DNA of 63,981 bases, filler included, from Sanchytrium tribonematis (Eukaryota): NCBI GenBank assembly GCA_018985235.1. It is 5 parts of 5 records of this genome, joined end to end, with 100 filler letters (N's around TTAATTAATTAA, not from the genome) between each part and the next. Parts side by side here need not be neighbours in the genome. Positions count along the whole stretch, not along the records: positions 1 to 13,258 come from JADGIG010000196.1; 4 more parts are not named here. One strand, given 5' to 3'. Position 1 is the first letter of the stretch. Every line of letters begins with the position of its first letter. This document shows positions 1 to 11,900 of this stretch, piece after piece. Position numbers and translations under genes: made by a program. Below the pieces are notes generated by a model. That model saw only the letters and a list, made by a program, of their open reading frames with translations, was not told the DNA's origin and searched no databases.

Positions 1-2
1 GA

Positions 3-1969
3 CTTCACAGCATTTGTCTTTCTTTGATAAAAGCCTCTTCTAGTTCAAAAACAGCTTTTTTAACTTATGTAAGTACCCTTGTCGCCTATAATCACAAGAG
101 AAATCAAACTGAAATTGTTGATCATAGCTCCTTCTGTGGGGAAAATTTCAATTCAAATTTGATATGGATTTTGCTCAGATTTTCGGGCCCCTTTGTGGAT
201 CCGCCCCAGTTTAAAAAAATTGATAAAATCGACCTTGATTATTTCCGGAATGATAATTGTAAAGTTGATATTTCCGATGAAACTCGTCTTAATATGGACA
301 GTGACACGTTGAAGGAATTTAACTTGATCAGCTTCGATCAGCAGCCAAATTTCATTACTGACATATTTTACCTTACCGCAAATGCTCTTCATTGTGGAAT
401 TATACAAAGTATGCGATATTATTTAAATGAAAAGAAAGACATCATCCAATTGAACGAGTCTTTGGGCGGGATGCAAACCCCTATATTTCAAAATCATGTG
501 CGTATGACGGTAGAGACAAGCGTGAGTAGAAAATTGTGTTGGGATAGCGGGTTGCTCAATCCAGAGTTACTGAATGAGATATCTAGATTCTATGAATTAC
601 AGATGCAAGTTATAGTTTTAGCAATGACTGGAGGCATTTTAGAAAATGTTACCAAAATTGATGAGCCAAGAAGTCAATTCTCATCGCTACCTGAATGGTT
701 TTTTGAAGATATAATGGAATTTTACAGATTCGTGTTGCGGTATATTGATATTTATCTAGTTGCTATGCCAAGACTATTAAAGATGTAAATTGGGAGTTCG
801 TCACAAAGTTTATAGTTTTTATTCTAAGAAATCACATCCAAATCAAAAATCCCTACTTAAAATCAAAAGGTGTTGAAATTCTTTATATTCTTAGCGCGTG
901 CCAAATCTCAGAAAATACTACCATTCTTGACCAATTAATGATAAAACCTTTTCTCATTACTGAATTGATTCCTGCTCTATCTGAGTTCTACATATACGTT
1001 GAAGCCACAGGTGCCAGTTCCCAATTTTACGATAAATTTAATATCAGATATAATATATCAAGGGTTTTTGAAAAATCCTATCAATATCAACAGCACCGTC
1101 AAACATTCCAAAGCTTATCACAACAAGAAAGTTTTATAAAATTTGTAAATTTATTAATGAATGATACAACCTATTTGCTTGATGAGGGCTTTAGTAAGCT
1201 TTTGACAATCAAGGAATGCGAGATTGAGATTGATTCAAGCGACTTTCAAACTAAACCAAAAGAATATCGTTCTGAGAAAAAAAGCACACTTGCGCTCGCT
1301 GAGAGACACGCATCTAGTTTAATATCATTAGCAAACGAGACCACCAATTCTTTATCTTACCTTACTAAAGACATTGTTGATCCATTTGTTACAACGCAAA
1401 TCGTAGACCGTCTAGCTGCTATGTTAAATTATAATTTGGAATTGTTAGTAGGGCCAAAATGTGGTGGTCTCAAGGTCAAGGACCCCAGAAAGTATAGTTT
1501 TGAACCAAAATTATTGGTGGCAAAGCTAGTAGATGTTATAATACACTTGATGAATAGACAGGAGTTTTTATTAGCAATGGCAAATGACTACAGATCTTTT
1601 AGAGCAACAACATTTCAAAGAGTGGCAGGAGTGTTAAAGAAAACAGGAGTTAGATCTAGCCAAGTTGTTGATAGCCTTTTTATGTTGGTCAATAAAGTGG
1701 AAGATATTCGTAGAGATCTAGAAGCTGATAATGAAGAAGAAGATGCTCCTGATGAATTCATGGACAATCTCATGTTTTTTGTTATGAAAGACCCAGTCAT
1801 ATTACCAACATCGAAGAATATTGTTGATCGAAGCACAATTGTCACACATTTACTTTCTGATGCACATGATCCATTTAATAGGCAGCCATTAAAAATAGAA
1901 GATGTAATTCCAGATGACAACCTTCGCAAAAAAATTGAACAGTGGAGAAGAGATCGCAAGAATAAATGA
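3..1969 (+). CDS. UFD2: Ubiquitin conjugation factor E4 (Ufd2/UBE4, U-box), 5'-partial; two exons joined by a 20-nt intron at 740-759
   Basis: Splicing joins ORF 24..788 to 938..1969 and restores IKNPYLKSKGVEIL. Also present: TGASSQFYDKFNIRY, FVNLLMNDTTYLLDE and the C-terminal U-box (PDEFMD..MKDPVILP..DRSTIVTHLLSDAHDPFNRQPL). Confidence 0.95.
740..759 (+). other. 20-nt spliceosomal intron GTATATTGATATTTATCTAG
   Basis: GT..AG; removal supplies the exact frame shift needed and gives an open frame R-CYAKTIKDVNWEFVTKFIVFILRNHIQIKNPYL. Confidence 0.9.
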
Positions 1970-3759
1970 ATATAAATGATTTAACGGATTTTTACCTAAT
2001 TGAATCAATGACTTTTATTTTGTTTTCAAAATCACAAAACATGTCTCAAGAACTCGCGAAATCATTGAGATTGAAATCATCAAAACCTGAGAATAATGAA
2101 AATAAATTAATTGAAAATGGAATTGATGTGACTCCTTTGCCATTTTATCCAGTGCAGATGTTTGGAGCATCAACTGGAAGCTTAGTACAATTATCAAATC
2201 CAAACTTGTCAAAGGGTTACCTGAAAAACAATGTGAAAAACCGCAAAATGAGTACTTTGCCTACAAAACAAGCCATTATTGGAAATATATTAGATTTAAT
2301 TCCAAAGACAGAAGCTGGGTCTTTGATTTTCAAAGAAGAGCCTGTCCAATTTGACGAAAGTGTAATCAAATTGAGCAAGTCACCACTATATGTTATATAC
2401 AAATCAGAACCAGTGGAATTTCCAATTGAACAATACCCCAAATATACCAAAATGAACCAGACTATAATGGGAATTGCTGATTGTGGCACCCAAGATGACT
2501 ATGCAGCGGTGCAATTAAATATGGAAAGTTCGGATGATGAGGTGGAGCAGGATGGTGAATCTGATAATTTAGAAAGCCTGGAGGGCACAGAACAAAGTTC
2601 TGTCGTATCTAGCCTCTACTCGTTATCAACATCTAAATCGAAGAGATTTGTAGATGTTGCTGAGAAGTACGATAAAATAATTAAAAAACACTCAAAGAGT
2701 ATATTGTCGACACTCAATTATTTGAAAAATTACATTGGGCTTTGTCACAACAAAAAGGATGTCGCACTATTTTATGAAATTGAATCTACAAAATTTCAAG
2801 ACATAAGATTACTCTTTACAGTGAAACCTTTAAATTACAAAGGGAAATGCGTTTCAATCAAATTTAGTGATCAAAATGGATTAATTCTCGTATTATTTGC
2901 CGAAAACATGCACAGCAGCACACTTGTTATTTGGGAAATCGTGGATTTTTTTGATTCGAAGCAAAGTCAGCCTTTAAAGTTAATGAAATTTGATATGAGT
3001 TTGAAGTACATGTGCATCGACGAAAATACCAATGTACTTTATCTTGGTGGAGAAAGTGGTTGCTTGTTTGTTTTATCATTTGACAAGGAATTGCAGTCAT
3101 GTGAAATTATTTTTGATAGCAGACTGCTGTCTTCCTATGAACTTTGTGGAATGACTCATGTAATGGTGCTAGAAAACGAAGAAACACCTACTTTAATGGT
3201 AAGCAATTTTAAAGGCCAACTATTAACATTTAAAGTGGCAAAGAGAATGGCCTCTTCTGTTACAGCATATTTTGAGAATCAAAGTTCCGTATTTATACTG
3301 TCGTTTTGCACATTTATGGAGAAAATCGTGGTCTTAGGAAGTGATGGGTCTATTTCGATTATTGATTCAAAATTTACTGGTCAAAAATGTGTTCCAAAGT
3401 TTTCATTCTCAAGCACCGCATCAAAAATTGCATGCAGTAGTGAGTATTTAGGAATCTTGCTCTATGATTCTTTCAAAATATGTCAAAATGACTTCGTTTT
3501 CAGGTCTTTAGGAATGAATCTTATTTCTGGAGACCAAGTTACAGATTTTGCATTTAACCCCGTTTCGCCACACTGTTGTGCAATTACCACCCGGAAAGGG
3601 AAGACATATGTCTATTTGCTCAATGAGAATATTGACGAACCTAAAGACTCATACTTTCTGCCAGATAGAAAACTATGCAGCATCAGTTTTTCTCCCAATG
3701 GACATTCATTATTTGTGGGAGACGAAGATGGGATTTTTACAATGTTTGCACTTCAATAA
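1966..3759 (+). CDS. WD40-repeat protein, possibly a divergent dynein intermediate chain-like protein
   Basis: 597-aa ORF with a low-complexity/acidic N-terminal half and C-terminal WD40-like repeats (VTDFAFNP, SISFSPNGHSLFVGDEDG). The true start may be the later ATG at 2041. Confidence 0.6.
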   Translation: MNINDLTDFYLIESMTFILFSKSQNMSQELAKSLRLKSSKPENNENKLIENGIDVTPLPFYPVQMFGASTGSLVQLSNPNLSKGYLKNNVKNRKMSTLPTKQAIIGNILDLIPKTEAGSLIFKEEPVQFDESVIKLSKSPLYVIYKSEPVEFPIEQYPKYTKMNQTIMGIADCGTQDDYAAVQLNMESSDDEVEQDGESDNLESLEGTEQSSVVSSLYSLSTSKSKRFVDVAEKYDKIIKKHSKSILSTLNYLKNYIGLCHNKKDVALFYEIESTKFQDIRLLFTVKPLNYKGKCVSIKFSDQNGLILVLFAENMHSSTLVIWEIVDFFDSKQSQPLKLMKFDMSLKYMCIDENTNVLYLGGESGCLFVLSFDKELQSCEIIFDSRLLSSYELCGMTHVMVLENEETPTLMVSNFKGQLLTFKVAKRMASSVTAYFENQSSVFILSFCTFMEKIVVLGSDGSISIIDSKFTGQKCVPKFSFSSTASKIACSSEYLGILLYDSFKICQNDFVFRSLGMNLISGDQVTDFAFNPVSPHCCAITTRKGKTYVYLLNENIDEPKDSYFLPDRKLCSISFSPNGHSLFVGDEDGIFTMFALQ

Positions 3760-3760
3760 A

Positions 3761-6301
3761 TCAATTAAAAAGCTGAGGATTATAATAAACTCTCTTTTGT
3801 CTCGACAATCGCCACTCATCTGCATGTTGACGGTGCTTGTTAAATAATGGTTCGATCTTCTCGATTTGTTTCACGGCCTGCTTAAATAAATGAGGTGCGA
3901 GCTCTACTAACCATTTCGGATCAATTTTAATAATTTGTCTCATGTATTCTTTGGAAGTGAATATAAGTTCATGATAAAGTACCCAAATAGGCTGTTTATG
4001 AAACAAAGACGAACTGGGATGCATAAACATCGGTGTTTCTTCCATAACAGAGACATAGACACCCTTTTCCTTTTTAGCAACATGGTGAAAATAGCCCGAA
4101 ACTATGGACTTGAGAATTAATTTGGTGTTTTTGGTAGAGCGCAAAGGCTCTTTCATTTTTGAGACATATCTAAATAGTTGCTCTCTGACCTGTTTGGCTC
4201 TTCTTAAATATCTAAATTGAACAAAATTTTGAAAGCACCAGTCATTCGAATATTTTGACGCTTCCCATTCTTGATATACTCGAAGTAGTGTCAAGTGATC
4301 TCCATCACCATGATGAAATCGCTGCTTTCGATCATCAGCTTGGCCTTGCTTATCTTTTGGCCTATACCATATAGAAGGAACTGAGAGCAGAGCGACAATT
4401 GACAAGATCTCTTGGCTACAGCCATACTCCATGGAGATAATTAAAGTTTTTGCCAATGAAGGTTCAAGTGGTAACTCCGCCATTTTCTGGCCAAGTTTTG
4501 TCAGCAACCCTTCCTCATCAACTGCTGCGAGGTGAAATAGTTCCTCAATCGCGGTGTTAATAGACTTTACAGAAGGCTTATCCATAAAATCGAAGGTGGT
4601 CAAATCATAAATACCCATGGCCAATAAAGTCAAGACGGTATTTGACATATTTGTGCGTTGTATCTCTGGAATTGCATTAGGTAGCAATTCTTCTTTAAAT
4701 GCTTTTTCAGTAAATAATCTATACGCTTTTCCAGGCGCAACACGACCAGCTCTACCACTTCTTTGATTTGCTTGAGCTTGACTTATAGGGGTAACCACCA
4801 AACTATCCATTCCTAGTTTTGGATCATAGCAGGACTGTTTGACGTATCCGCTATCTACAACATAAACGATTCCGGGAATTGTGACGGAAGTTTCGGCAAT
4901 GTTTGTTGCTAAAACCACTTTTCTTTGAGAAACTAATGTGGGCTCAAATATTAAGGCTTGCATGTGAGCAGGAAGAGACGCATATAACGGTAAAACGATC
5001 ATTTCCATATTCATATACTTTAATTTTTTAATTCTTTCGGCTAATATATCGCAGCTAAAATCTATTTCTTCTTGACCTGTTAAAAAACAAAGAATATCTC
5101 CAGGCTGTTCATTTATATGAATCTGCAATATTGTACTTAAAGCGCTCTCAACATAGTCGGATTGAGGTTGTTTACTATATAATATTTCTACAGGAAATGT
5201 TCTTCCTTCTATATGTAATACGGGTGCCCCAAAATATGAAGCAAAGGCTTCAGCGTCTAGGGTTGCTGATGTTACAACGACTTTCAGATCAGGTCGTTTT
5301 CTCAACGCCTGCTTAATCAAGCCGAATAGGACATCAGTATTTAATGAGCGTTCATGAGCTTCGTCCAAAAATATAACTGAATATTTCGATAAATATGGAT
5401 CATTTAGACACTCTCTGACTAGCAATCCGTCGGTTAAATATTTTATCTTGGTGTGGCGACTTGTCATATCATCAAATCTTACAGAATATCCAACTAGATC
5501 ACCCAGCCGAGTGTTCATTTCATAAGCGACTCTTTTAGCAACATTAATTGCAGCCAATCGTCTCGGTTGGGTACATCCAATTAAACCAAAGTGATTGTTA
5601 GAATTCTCACAATAATAACGATACATGTATTGAGTCAATTGAGTGGTTTTTCCACTGCCAGTTTCTCCAATAATAATCGTTATTTGATTCTTGTTAATGG
5701 TATTTAGAATTTCATCCTTCTTGTAGTAGATTGGCAGTTGTTTGCCTTCCGACTTAATCGGGTCTGGTATTTTAGTTCTTGTATTGTTTGATTGCCTCGC
5801 AACAGATGCATGTGGTTTTTTACTTTGTTTCCTCTTTTGAATAACTTCAGATCCTTTCAAGATGTTTTTTTCCATGCTTCCATTTGGCATCTTAATTAAT
5901 TGCTTCAAAGGCTCAAATTTTTCTTCTTGAGTCGTAATCAAGTAGTTCACCTTGTCTTTTTTTACCTCAATCTCGAAATCCTCGGTACTAGATAGATCAG
6001 ATTCCAAGTCTGGTTTAAATTTCTTAATTTCGACCTCTGTGTCAGAAGCCTCGCGTTTTTTAGAGGGTGCATTATTTTCCAAGGAATAGTTTAGCCCGTT
6101 TTTAATGACCAATATAATTTCTCGAATGAGATCTGCATTGTTGATGTGGTCATTCAAGACAATTTCGAGGTTTTCATCCGTTTTGTGCAAATGTAAAATA
6201 AATTTAGCTAAAGTAAAAGAGTCATCATTAAAATAAGGTTTTATCAGTGCCATAATCATTCGAACTATAGAAAGATCATTCAATTCTTCAAAAATTTCCA
6301 T
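3761..6301 (-). CDS. PRP22: Pre-mRNA splicing DEAH helicase Prp22/DHX8
   Basis: GETGSGKTTQ, CTQPRRLAA, DEAHER, SAT and QRSGRAGR motifs; Prp22-type N-terminus (LSIV..LAKFI), the PNGSM segment and C-terminal KIEPLFNK..EWRLSR. Confidence 0.9.
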   Translation of the reverse strand: MEIFEELNDLSIVRMIMALIKPYFNDDSFTLAKFILHLHKTDENLEIVLNDHINNADLIREIILVIKNGLNYSLENNAPSKKREASDTEVEIKKFKPDLESDLSSTEDFEIEVKKDKVNYLITTQEEKFEPLKQLIKMPNGSMEKNILKGSEVIQKRKQSKKPHASVARQSNNTRTKIPDPIKSEGKQLPIYYKKDEILNTINKNQITIIIGETGSGKTTQLTQYMYRYYCENSNNHFGLIGCTQPRRLAAINVAKRVAYEMNTRLGDLVGYSVRFDDMTSRHTKIKYLTDGLLVRECLNDPYLSKYSVIFLDEAHERSLNTDVLFGLIKQALRKRPDLKVVVTSATLDAEAFASYFGAPVLHIEGRTFPVEILYSKQPQSDYVESALSTILQIHINEQPGDILCFLTGQEEIDFSCDILAERIKKLKYMNMEMIVLPLYASLPAHMQALIFEPTLVSQRKVVLATNIAETSVTIPGIVYVVDSGYVKQSCYDPKLGMDSLVVTPISQAQANQRSGRAGRVAPGKAYRLFTEKAFKEELLPNAIPEIQRTNMSNTVLTLLAMGIYDLTTFDFMDKPSVKSINTAIEELFHLAAVDEEGLLTKLGQKMAELPLEPSLAKTLIISMEYGCSQEILSIVALLSVPSIWYRPKDKQGQADDRKQRFHHGDGDHLTLLRVYQEWEASKYSNDWCFQNFVQFRYLRRAKQVREQLFRYVSKMKEPLRSTKNTKLILKSIVSGYFHHVAKKEKGVYVSVMEETPMFMHPSSSLFHKQPIWVLYHELIFTSKEYMRQIIKIDPKWLVELAPHLFKQAVKQIEKIEPLFNKHRQHADEWRLSRQKRVYYNPQLFN

Positions 6302-6531
6302 AAATCACACTCCTTGTTTTGTAAATTCAATTTCATCCACATGGAATCAAATGGTGCAGATGCACATGCTGGGTAACCTCTTCGGCACCATTGCACGCGG
6401 TACAAAGCATAGGAAAAATGGTATTTAGGACTTAAAAATAAAATTTGTGATACATCATAATCGATTTTTTCGATCAAGTTTTTGGTCCACATAGCCGCTA
6501 GACGCTAAAAAAGTATGGTAAGTAACATCAT

Positions 6532-6747
6532 TTATTCTGTTTTACAGATTTTAGTTTCTTTCATGATGTGATAGACAATTGGGTGTTGAAGAGCCATTCG
6601 ATCCCCATATACAGAGACGCATGGTTGATCTTTCATATCTTGAATCTTAATGCATTTGACTCTTCTAGAATTGATCGCCTTATTGATATTGGCGTACTTA
6701 CTTGTTGGTACAACTGGATTTAGCAAATTTTGAACAGACATTGGCAT
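6532..6747 (-). CDS. Small hypothetical protein (71 aa)
   Basis: ATG-initiated ORF starting MSVQNLLNP, similar to the short 'I..LLN' motifs of fungal regulators; no recognisable domain. Confidence 0.35.
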   Translation of the reverse strand: MPMSVQNLLNPVVPTSKYANINKAINSRRVKCIKIQDMKDQPCVSVYGDRMALQHPIVYHIMKETKICKTE

Positions 6748-6947
6748 TTGTATTTAATACAAGAAGAAGGGGTAGAAAGGTTATTTTAATTCGTGCGGAG
6801 GGGGATTAATATTTTTTGGAAAAAATTGCTTAGTTTCTAATTAATTCAACGAAAATTGCCGCCCTTCATATTTTGACAATCTTGCTTTGGTATCAAAAAC
6901 AAAAAATCAAAAATTTATCTCCAAGTTTATAATTTCAAACTCTGTAA

Positions 6948-8279
6948 ATGAGATTAATTCGCCAAATTCATCAGCAATTTTATAATAATCATAGATTGTC
7001 TAAATATCTAAAAATGCCCACTACAGAATTGTCTATTGAATCTTTATGTAGATACGGACATCATCTTAGCGAAAAGAAATTGTTTGACATGTCAAATTTT
7101 GTTAAAGATCAAATATCAATTCGATTAGCTAAACGAATCAATGATTTCCAGGCATTGCCTTTCGTAACAGTTGATCAAACTCATTTGCAGCAAGTTTATG
7201 AACTGTATTGGAATAGTTTTTCCATGTTTTCTAATGTTCCTTACATATCGACTATGGATCAACATTTAGATTTCCTCCATCTGCTGCGAAAGAATTTGAG
7301 ATATCATTTGGTAGTTATACCGAAGATTGCTTTAGGAATTCAGCAAGCCGGAATCAATACAAGCCCAGACGTTTTAAATTCTTTTGCTCATTCAATTTTA
7401 AGAAGCAGAATTAGCAGAAGAGTTCTTGCCCAGCAACTTTTAAAGCTATCTGATCAATTTTTAAGGAAAGAAAGATCTGCAAATGAGATATATAATTTGA
7501 TGACTGACGATGGAGATATTGGAGTAGTTAGCACTCGACTAAATTTATATGAAAGTGTAAATAACATGTATAATTCCGCAAGCAGTATTCTGCTAAAAAA
7601 TTTCCAAATAATTCCAAAACTAGTGATTGATGGAAATTTGGATATCAGATTCACCGCTATAAAGGATCACCTAAATTACATTCTTTTAGAGCTTTTCAAA
7701 AATTCCATAGAGTCTACCATTCGATGGAACACTTTTGGAGAAATTAATAGTTGGAAAAAGACTACAGTATCAAATGAACTTCCACCAATACAAGTGACTT
7801 TAGTTCAAAACGAGTCTAGCACCATAATAAGACTATCTGATCAAGGAGGTGGGATTCCAGAGTTTTTATTGAAAGATATTTTTAAATTTACAAAAAGCGA
7901 GAGCAAGGAAAAGGTTAAAAGTTTGGAGAAGCTGAGATATTTTGCAGGAACACCTCATGAACAGGTGGAGGGAAAAGGACTTACTGGAGATTTGTATCAA
8001 AAAACAAGAGAAATAGACAAGGATATTGCATTAGCAGAGGACTTGCAATCTAGTGATAACGCAGAAACATTGCATGAGATTCAAGATCGTATTCTAAAAG
8101 AGTATTTAGTAGGGGAAAAGCTTGAGGAAGTAACGCAGTCATTTTCAGCTCCGCTACATTTGGGATTAGGACTTCCTATGAGTAAGGTGTTTTTAGACTG
8201 TTGGAAGTCAAGCATAACTATTCAAAGCAATGACGGTTTCGGAACAGACATATATTTATTTCTGAAATCTAATAAATAA
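6948..8279 (+). CDS. Mitochondrial pyruvate/branched-chain ketoacid dehydrogenase kinase (PDK/BCKDK family)
   Basis: RLAKRI..FQALPF, SRISRRVLAQQ, ELFKNS (N box), SDQGGGIP (G1), GLGLPMS (G2) and GFGTD motifs. Confidence 0.9.
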   Translation: MRLIRQIHQQFYNNHRLSKYLKMPTTELSIESLCRYGHHLSEKKLFDMSNFVKDQISIRLAKRINDFQALPFVTVDQTHLQQVYELYWNSFSMFSNVPYISTMDQHLDFLHLLRKNLRYHLVVIPKIALGIQQAGINTSPDVLNSFAHSILRSRISRRVLAQQLLKLSDQFLRKERSANEIYNLMTDDGDIGVVSTRLNLYESVNNMYNSASSILLKNFQIIPKLVIDGNLDIRFTAIKDHLNYILLELFKNSIESTIRWNTFGEINSWKKTTVSNELPPIQVTLVQNESSTIIRLSDQGGGIPEFLLKDIFKFTKSESKEKVKSLEKLRYFAGTPHEQVEGKGLTGDLYQKTREIDKDIALAEDLQSSDNAETLHEIQDRILKEYLVGEKLEEVTQSFSAPLHLGLGLPMSKVFLDCWKSSITIQSNDGFGTDIYLFLKSNK

Positions 8280-8888
8280 TTATTCTTCTCGTTTTAATTG
8301 TTGTTTCTCAAAAATCTGGTCTGCTACAAACTTTTTGATTGTAGAAATATTGTCAGTATTCTCGGTCTCAAACAGCCTCTTATAAACATTGATGTCATCT
8401 AGTAACTGAGACTCATGTTGATCGGTAAATTCCTTTTTTAATTTTATATTTTTATCTTGCTCAATATCAAAATACTTAAAAATCAGGGTTTCGTTTGGTT
8501 CACAGTTGTAAACTAAATTGTAAAGTTCCTTGTAATTCTCAATATGAATTTTTTTTTCAAAATATATCAAATTTATCATTTTGTTTTTCTCAGAAGTATA
8601 CTTTTTTACATTTTTCACCAAGATAAAAGGAAATAAATTATCCAGGGTAACATAATCGATCTCCAACGCTGCATCCTCAGTCATTTTGAATCTATTGCGA
8701 GCCTTTAGTTTGAAATACTTTTTATTATTCATACTGCAGGTTTTCTTGCATAAAGTTGTCTTACAAATTCGATTCATTATATGATTTAAATTGTTGATAT
8801 CTAATGCCACATGTTTGCCAGCTAGTAAAGATAAGGCCACAAATGGATCTAGTGTTTTTTTACTTTCGTGTATGACAATATTTGCCAT
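8280..8888 (-). CDS. Hypothetical protein (202 aa), divergent from REV3
   Basis: Open ATG ORF that fills the gap exactly (its stop abuts the PDK stop); no recognisable motif. Confidence 0.6.
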   Translation of the reverse strand: MANIVIHESKKTLDPFVALSLLAGKHVALDINNLNHIMNRICKTTLCKKTCSMNNKKYFKLKARNRFKMTEDAALEIDYVTLDNLFPFILVKNVKKYTSEKNKMINLIYFEKKIHIENYKELYNLVYNCEPNETLIFKYFDIEQDKNIKLKKEFTDQHESQLLDDINVYKRLFETENTDNISTIKKFVADQIFEKQQLKREE

Positions 8889-8988
8889 GCCCGTGTATCA
8901 AAAATCAACTTAAAATACACATCAAATAAATGCTTTATTTGATACAATCAAGAAATTATGCCAGTAGGAAGTGATTCTTTTAAGCCAG

Positions 8989-11900
8989 ATGATTAAGAAT
9001 TGTGTAGATTCTAGGAGAACAATGGAAACAATAGACTTACTAATAATTGAAAATCACCAGCAGTCGACGTTGCTGGATAAATACATTATAATACACCATG
9101 AAGAAGAAACGATTTTGGACAGAGCCGTCATGCCGCAATTACATTTAGAGAAATCAATAGGATTTTCTCACTTTTACAAGCACAGTTTTGATAATGCACC
9201 AGTTATTTATATCTATGGTAATAACTCAAAATCAGTATCATCTTTGGCGCTGATTCATCAATTTTACCCGTTTGGATTTGTTAAAGTACCCTGGCAAAAC
9301 TCACAAGATTATGTTTTGAATGAACCGCCGCCTTTGACCTTTAGTGCTGCTCAGCACATTGATCCAACAATCTTAATACCTACTTTGAAAGAATTTGAGC
9401 TCATGGCCCAGATATATGAGAGATTAGAAAGATTCAAAATTTCGGTTTTAATTTTGACCGTACATCAATATACCTCAATCTATGGATTTAATTCATTGGA
9501 AAGATTCATAAAAATTACATATCTCAATCCGAATGATAGATTTAGACTTTGGACTTTATTATCAAATGGAAAAGTAGCCGGAATCAATTTTGAATGTTTT
9601 AATTTTCATTTTCATTACTTGGATATCTTTATGAGAGAATTCGACTTGCAAGGTTGTAATTCGGTACACTTGAAGTGTGTTAGATACAGAAGGAATATCG
9701 AACTGCATAAAAAATGGCTGGAATTAATTAATGCCACTTCAATCTCCACAGTAGAAATTGAATTCGATTCCACCATATCAGAAGTCTTTTTTTCTAAATT
9801 TGTACCAGATGTACTGACTCAAACTACCCAACAGGATGATTTGCTTCTAAACAAAGCTTGGCTCAGTCGGAAGTGGAATATTCCCTCTGTAAAAGAATTG
9901 TGGTTTGACGAGTTCCAACGGAGGAAAGAAAACAACATTCAGAAAAAGATGTCTCAGGAATCGGTAAGAAGCGTTGATTTGCAAGTGAAAAGCGGAATTT
10001 TTGATACCAATCGTCTGGAGTGTGACCTAACGACTTTTAAAAATCCCGAAAAGTATCCTGAATGGGAGCAGAAAATCAGAAATATTATAGACAAAGTGTT
10101 GATTTCTACAACTGCAAAAAATGTTTCAATACACGAGGATTACAAATTCGAGGCCTGTGTATATTGCTGTGATAGTGTGTTTCTTAGTTTGGAAAATCAC
10201 CTTAAGAATTTTGAAAATGGCATACGAGATCGTTCTTTTCAGATTTTAACAAATGAAAGCGTAGACGAAAGTCTTTTGATCGATCAAATGATGGAAAATT
10301 ATGAAGTTGAAAGTCTTCTCTCAGAAGACCTTCCCAGTGAGGTCAGCCAATATAATTCTGAATCTTCCGGAAACATTATTTTACAAGTTGATGGTCAAAA
10401 TGACAAAAAATCTCCAAAAAGAAGTCGTAAAATTCCTTTTAAGCCACTTAATGTCATTAAGACACCGCCTCATAGAAAAAGAAATAGTCGACCGGCTCAA
10501 ATTTGGAGCCCAATTGTCACAACACCTACGAAACGACCAGAGCAACTTTCGGTCATGTTAGATACACCAACAAAGTGCGCTGTAACTCCAAAAAGTGATT
10601 TGCTTTCAGCGCCGTCCTCTAATTATATATTTTCCACTCCAGTATATCAAAGTCTAGATACTAATCAGTATATCTATAATTTAAAACCACCACTCTACAC
10701 AAACGCTTTTTCTTTTTCTCCAGACTCCCAGTTCTTGAATTTGAAGCGAAAAAACTTAGTCAACAGCTGGATATATTTAAGACCTGTTCCGCTGTACACC
10801 AAAACAGAAATTCTTTGCGAGCAGCCTAAAAAAATTGACCATCCTTTAAATTCAGCAGACACTAAGAGGTTTATCTGCAAAATTTTATGTCTAGAAATTC
10901 TTGCTCATACGTCGTCTTTTCACTATAATCCCGAGACAGATAGAATTACATGCATTTCATATAGTTTACAAAACAATTGGCAAAAATATTGTGAAAAATC
11001 CGACGTATTGGTCGATGATGATGAATATAATTTAATCTACCAACTTATAAATCTCATAAAAGCTTTTGAGCCTGACATTATTTTGGGTTGGGATATTCAC
11101 AATCTCTCTTTTGGATATTTGGTGAAAAGATGTAATATTTATAATATAGACATTTTGCATGCCATAAGTAGGACAGATGCAAAAATTGAAGGATCAAAAT
11201 GGTCAGAAGTACAAAGCACAGCTTTTTCCACTAGTGGAAGACTCTTTTTAAATGCCTGGAGAATATGTCGCAACAATATAGATTTAAGGTTATACACCCT
11301 TGAAAATACATATCAGCATCAATTTAAGGAATCTTTTCCAATTATACCCTATAAAGAATTAAATTTTGACTCTCACTTTAAGAAAGAATTTGCAATATCT
11401 TACATTAAAAGAAAATGCGAGTCTGTCTTGAAAATATTAGACAGTATTGATTTCATTTGTCAAACAATTGAATTTAGCAGATTATACGGCATTCCTTTTG
11501 AATCAGTGTTATTGAGAGGTTCACAGTATCGAGTAGAGTCCGCTCTTTATCGTTTATGTAAAAACAATAGACTGTTGATGGCATCTCCCACAAAAGATCA
11601 AGTTAATCAGCAAATGGCAGCCGAATTTATACCATTGGTCATGGAGCCATCGAGTCACTTTTATGAAAATCCTGTAAGTGTTGTGGATTTTCAAAGTTTG
11701 TACCCGTCCATCATGATTGCTCACAATTATTGTTTTAGCACTTTGATCTGTAAATTAGATTCTCAGGATGTTTCTGACCAGCTAGGTTGCTTCCCAAAAG
11801 TATTTGACAAGCAACTTTTAAGGGTATTTTACAAATATTTGACTTTAGGACCAAATGGTGCTGTATACGTGAACTCAAAAGTTAAACAAGGTATTTTAAC

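Noticed and set aside
8921..8943. Perfect 10-bp inverted repeat ATCAAATAAA-TGC-TTTATTTGAT in the REV3 divergent promoter
   Set aside because: Almost entirely A/T in an AT-rich genome and a single instance; no function can be supported.
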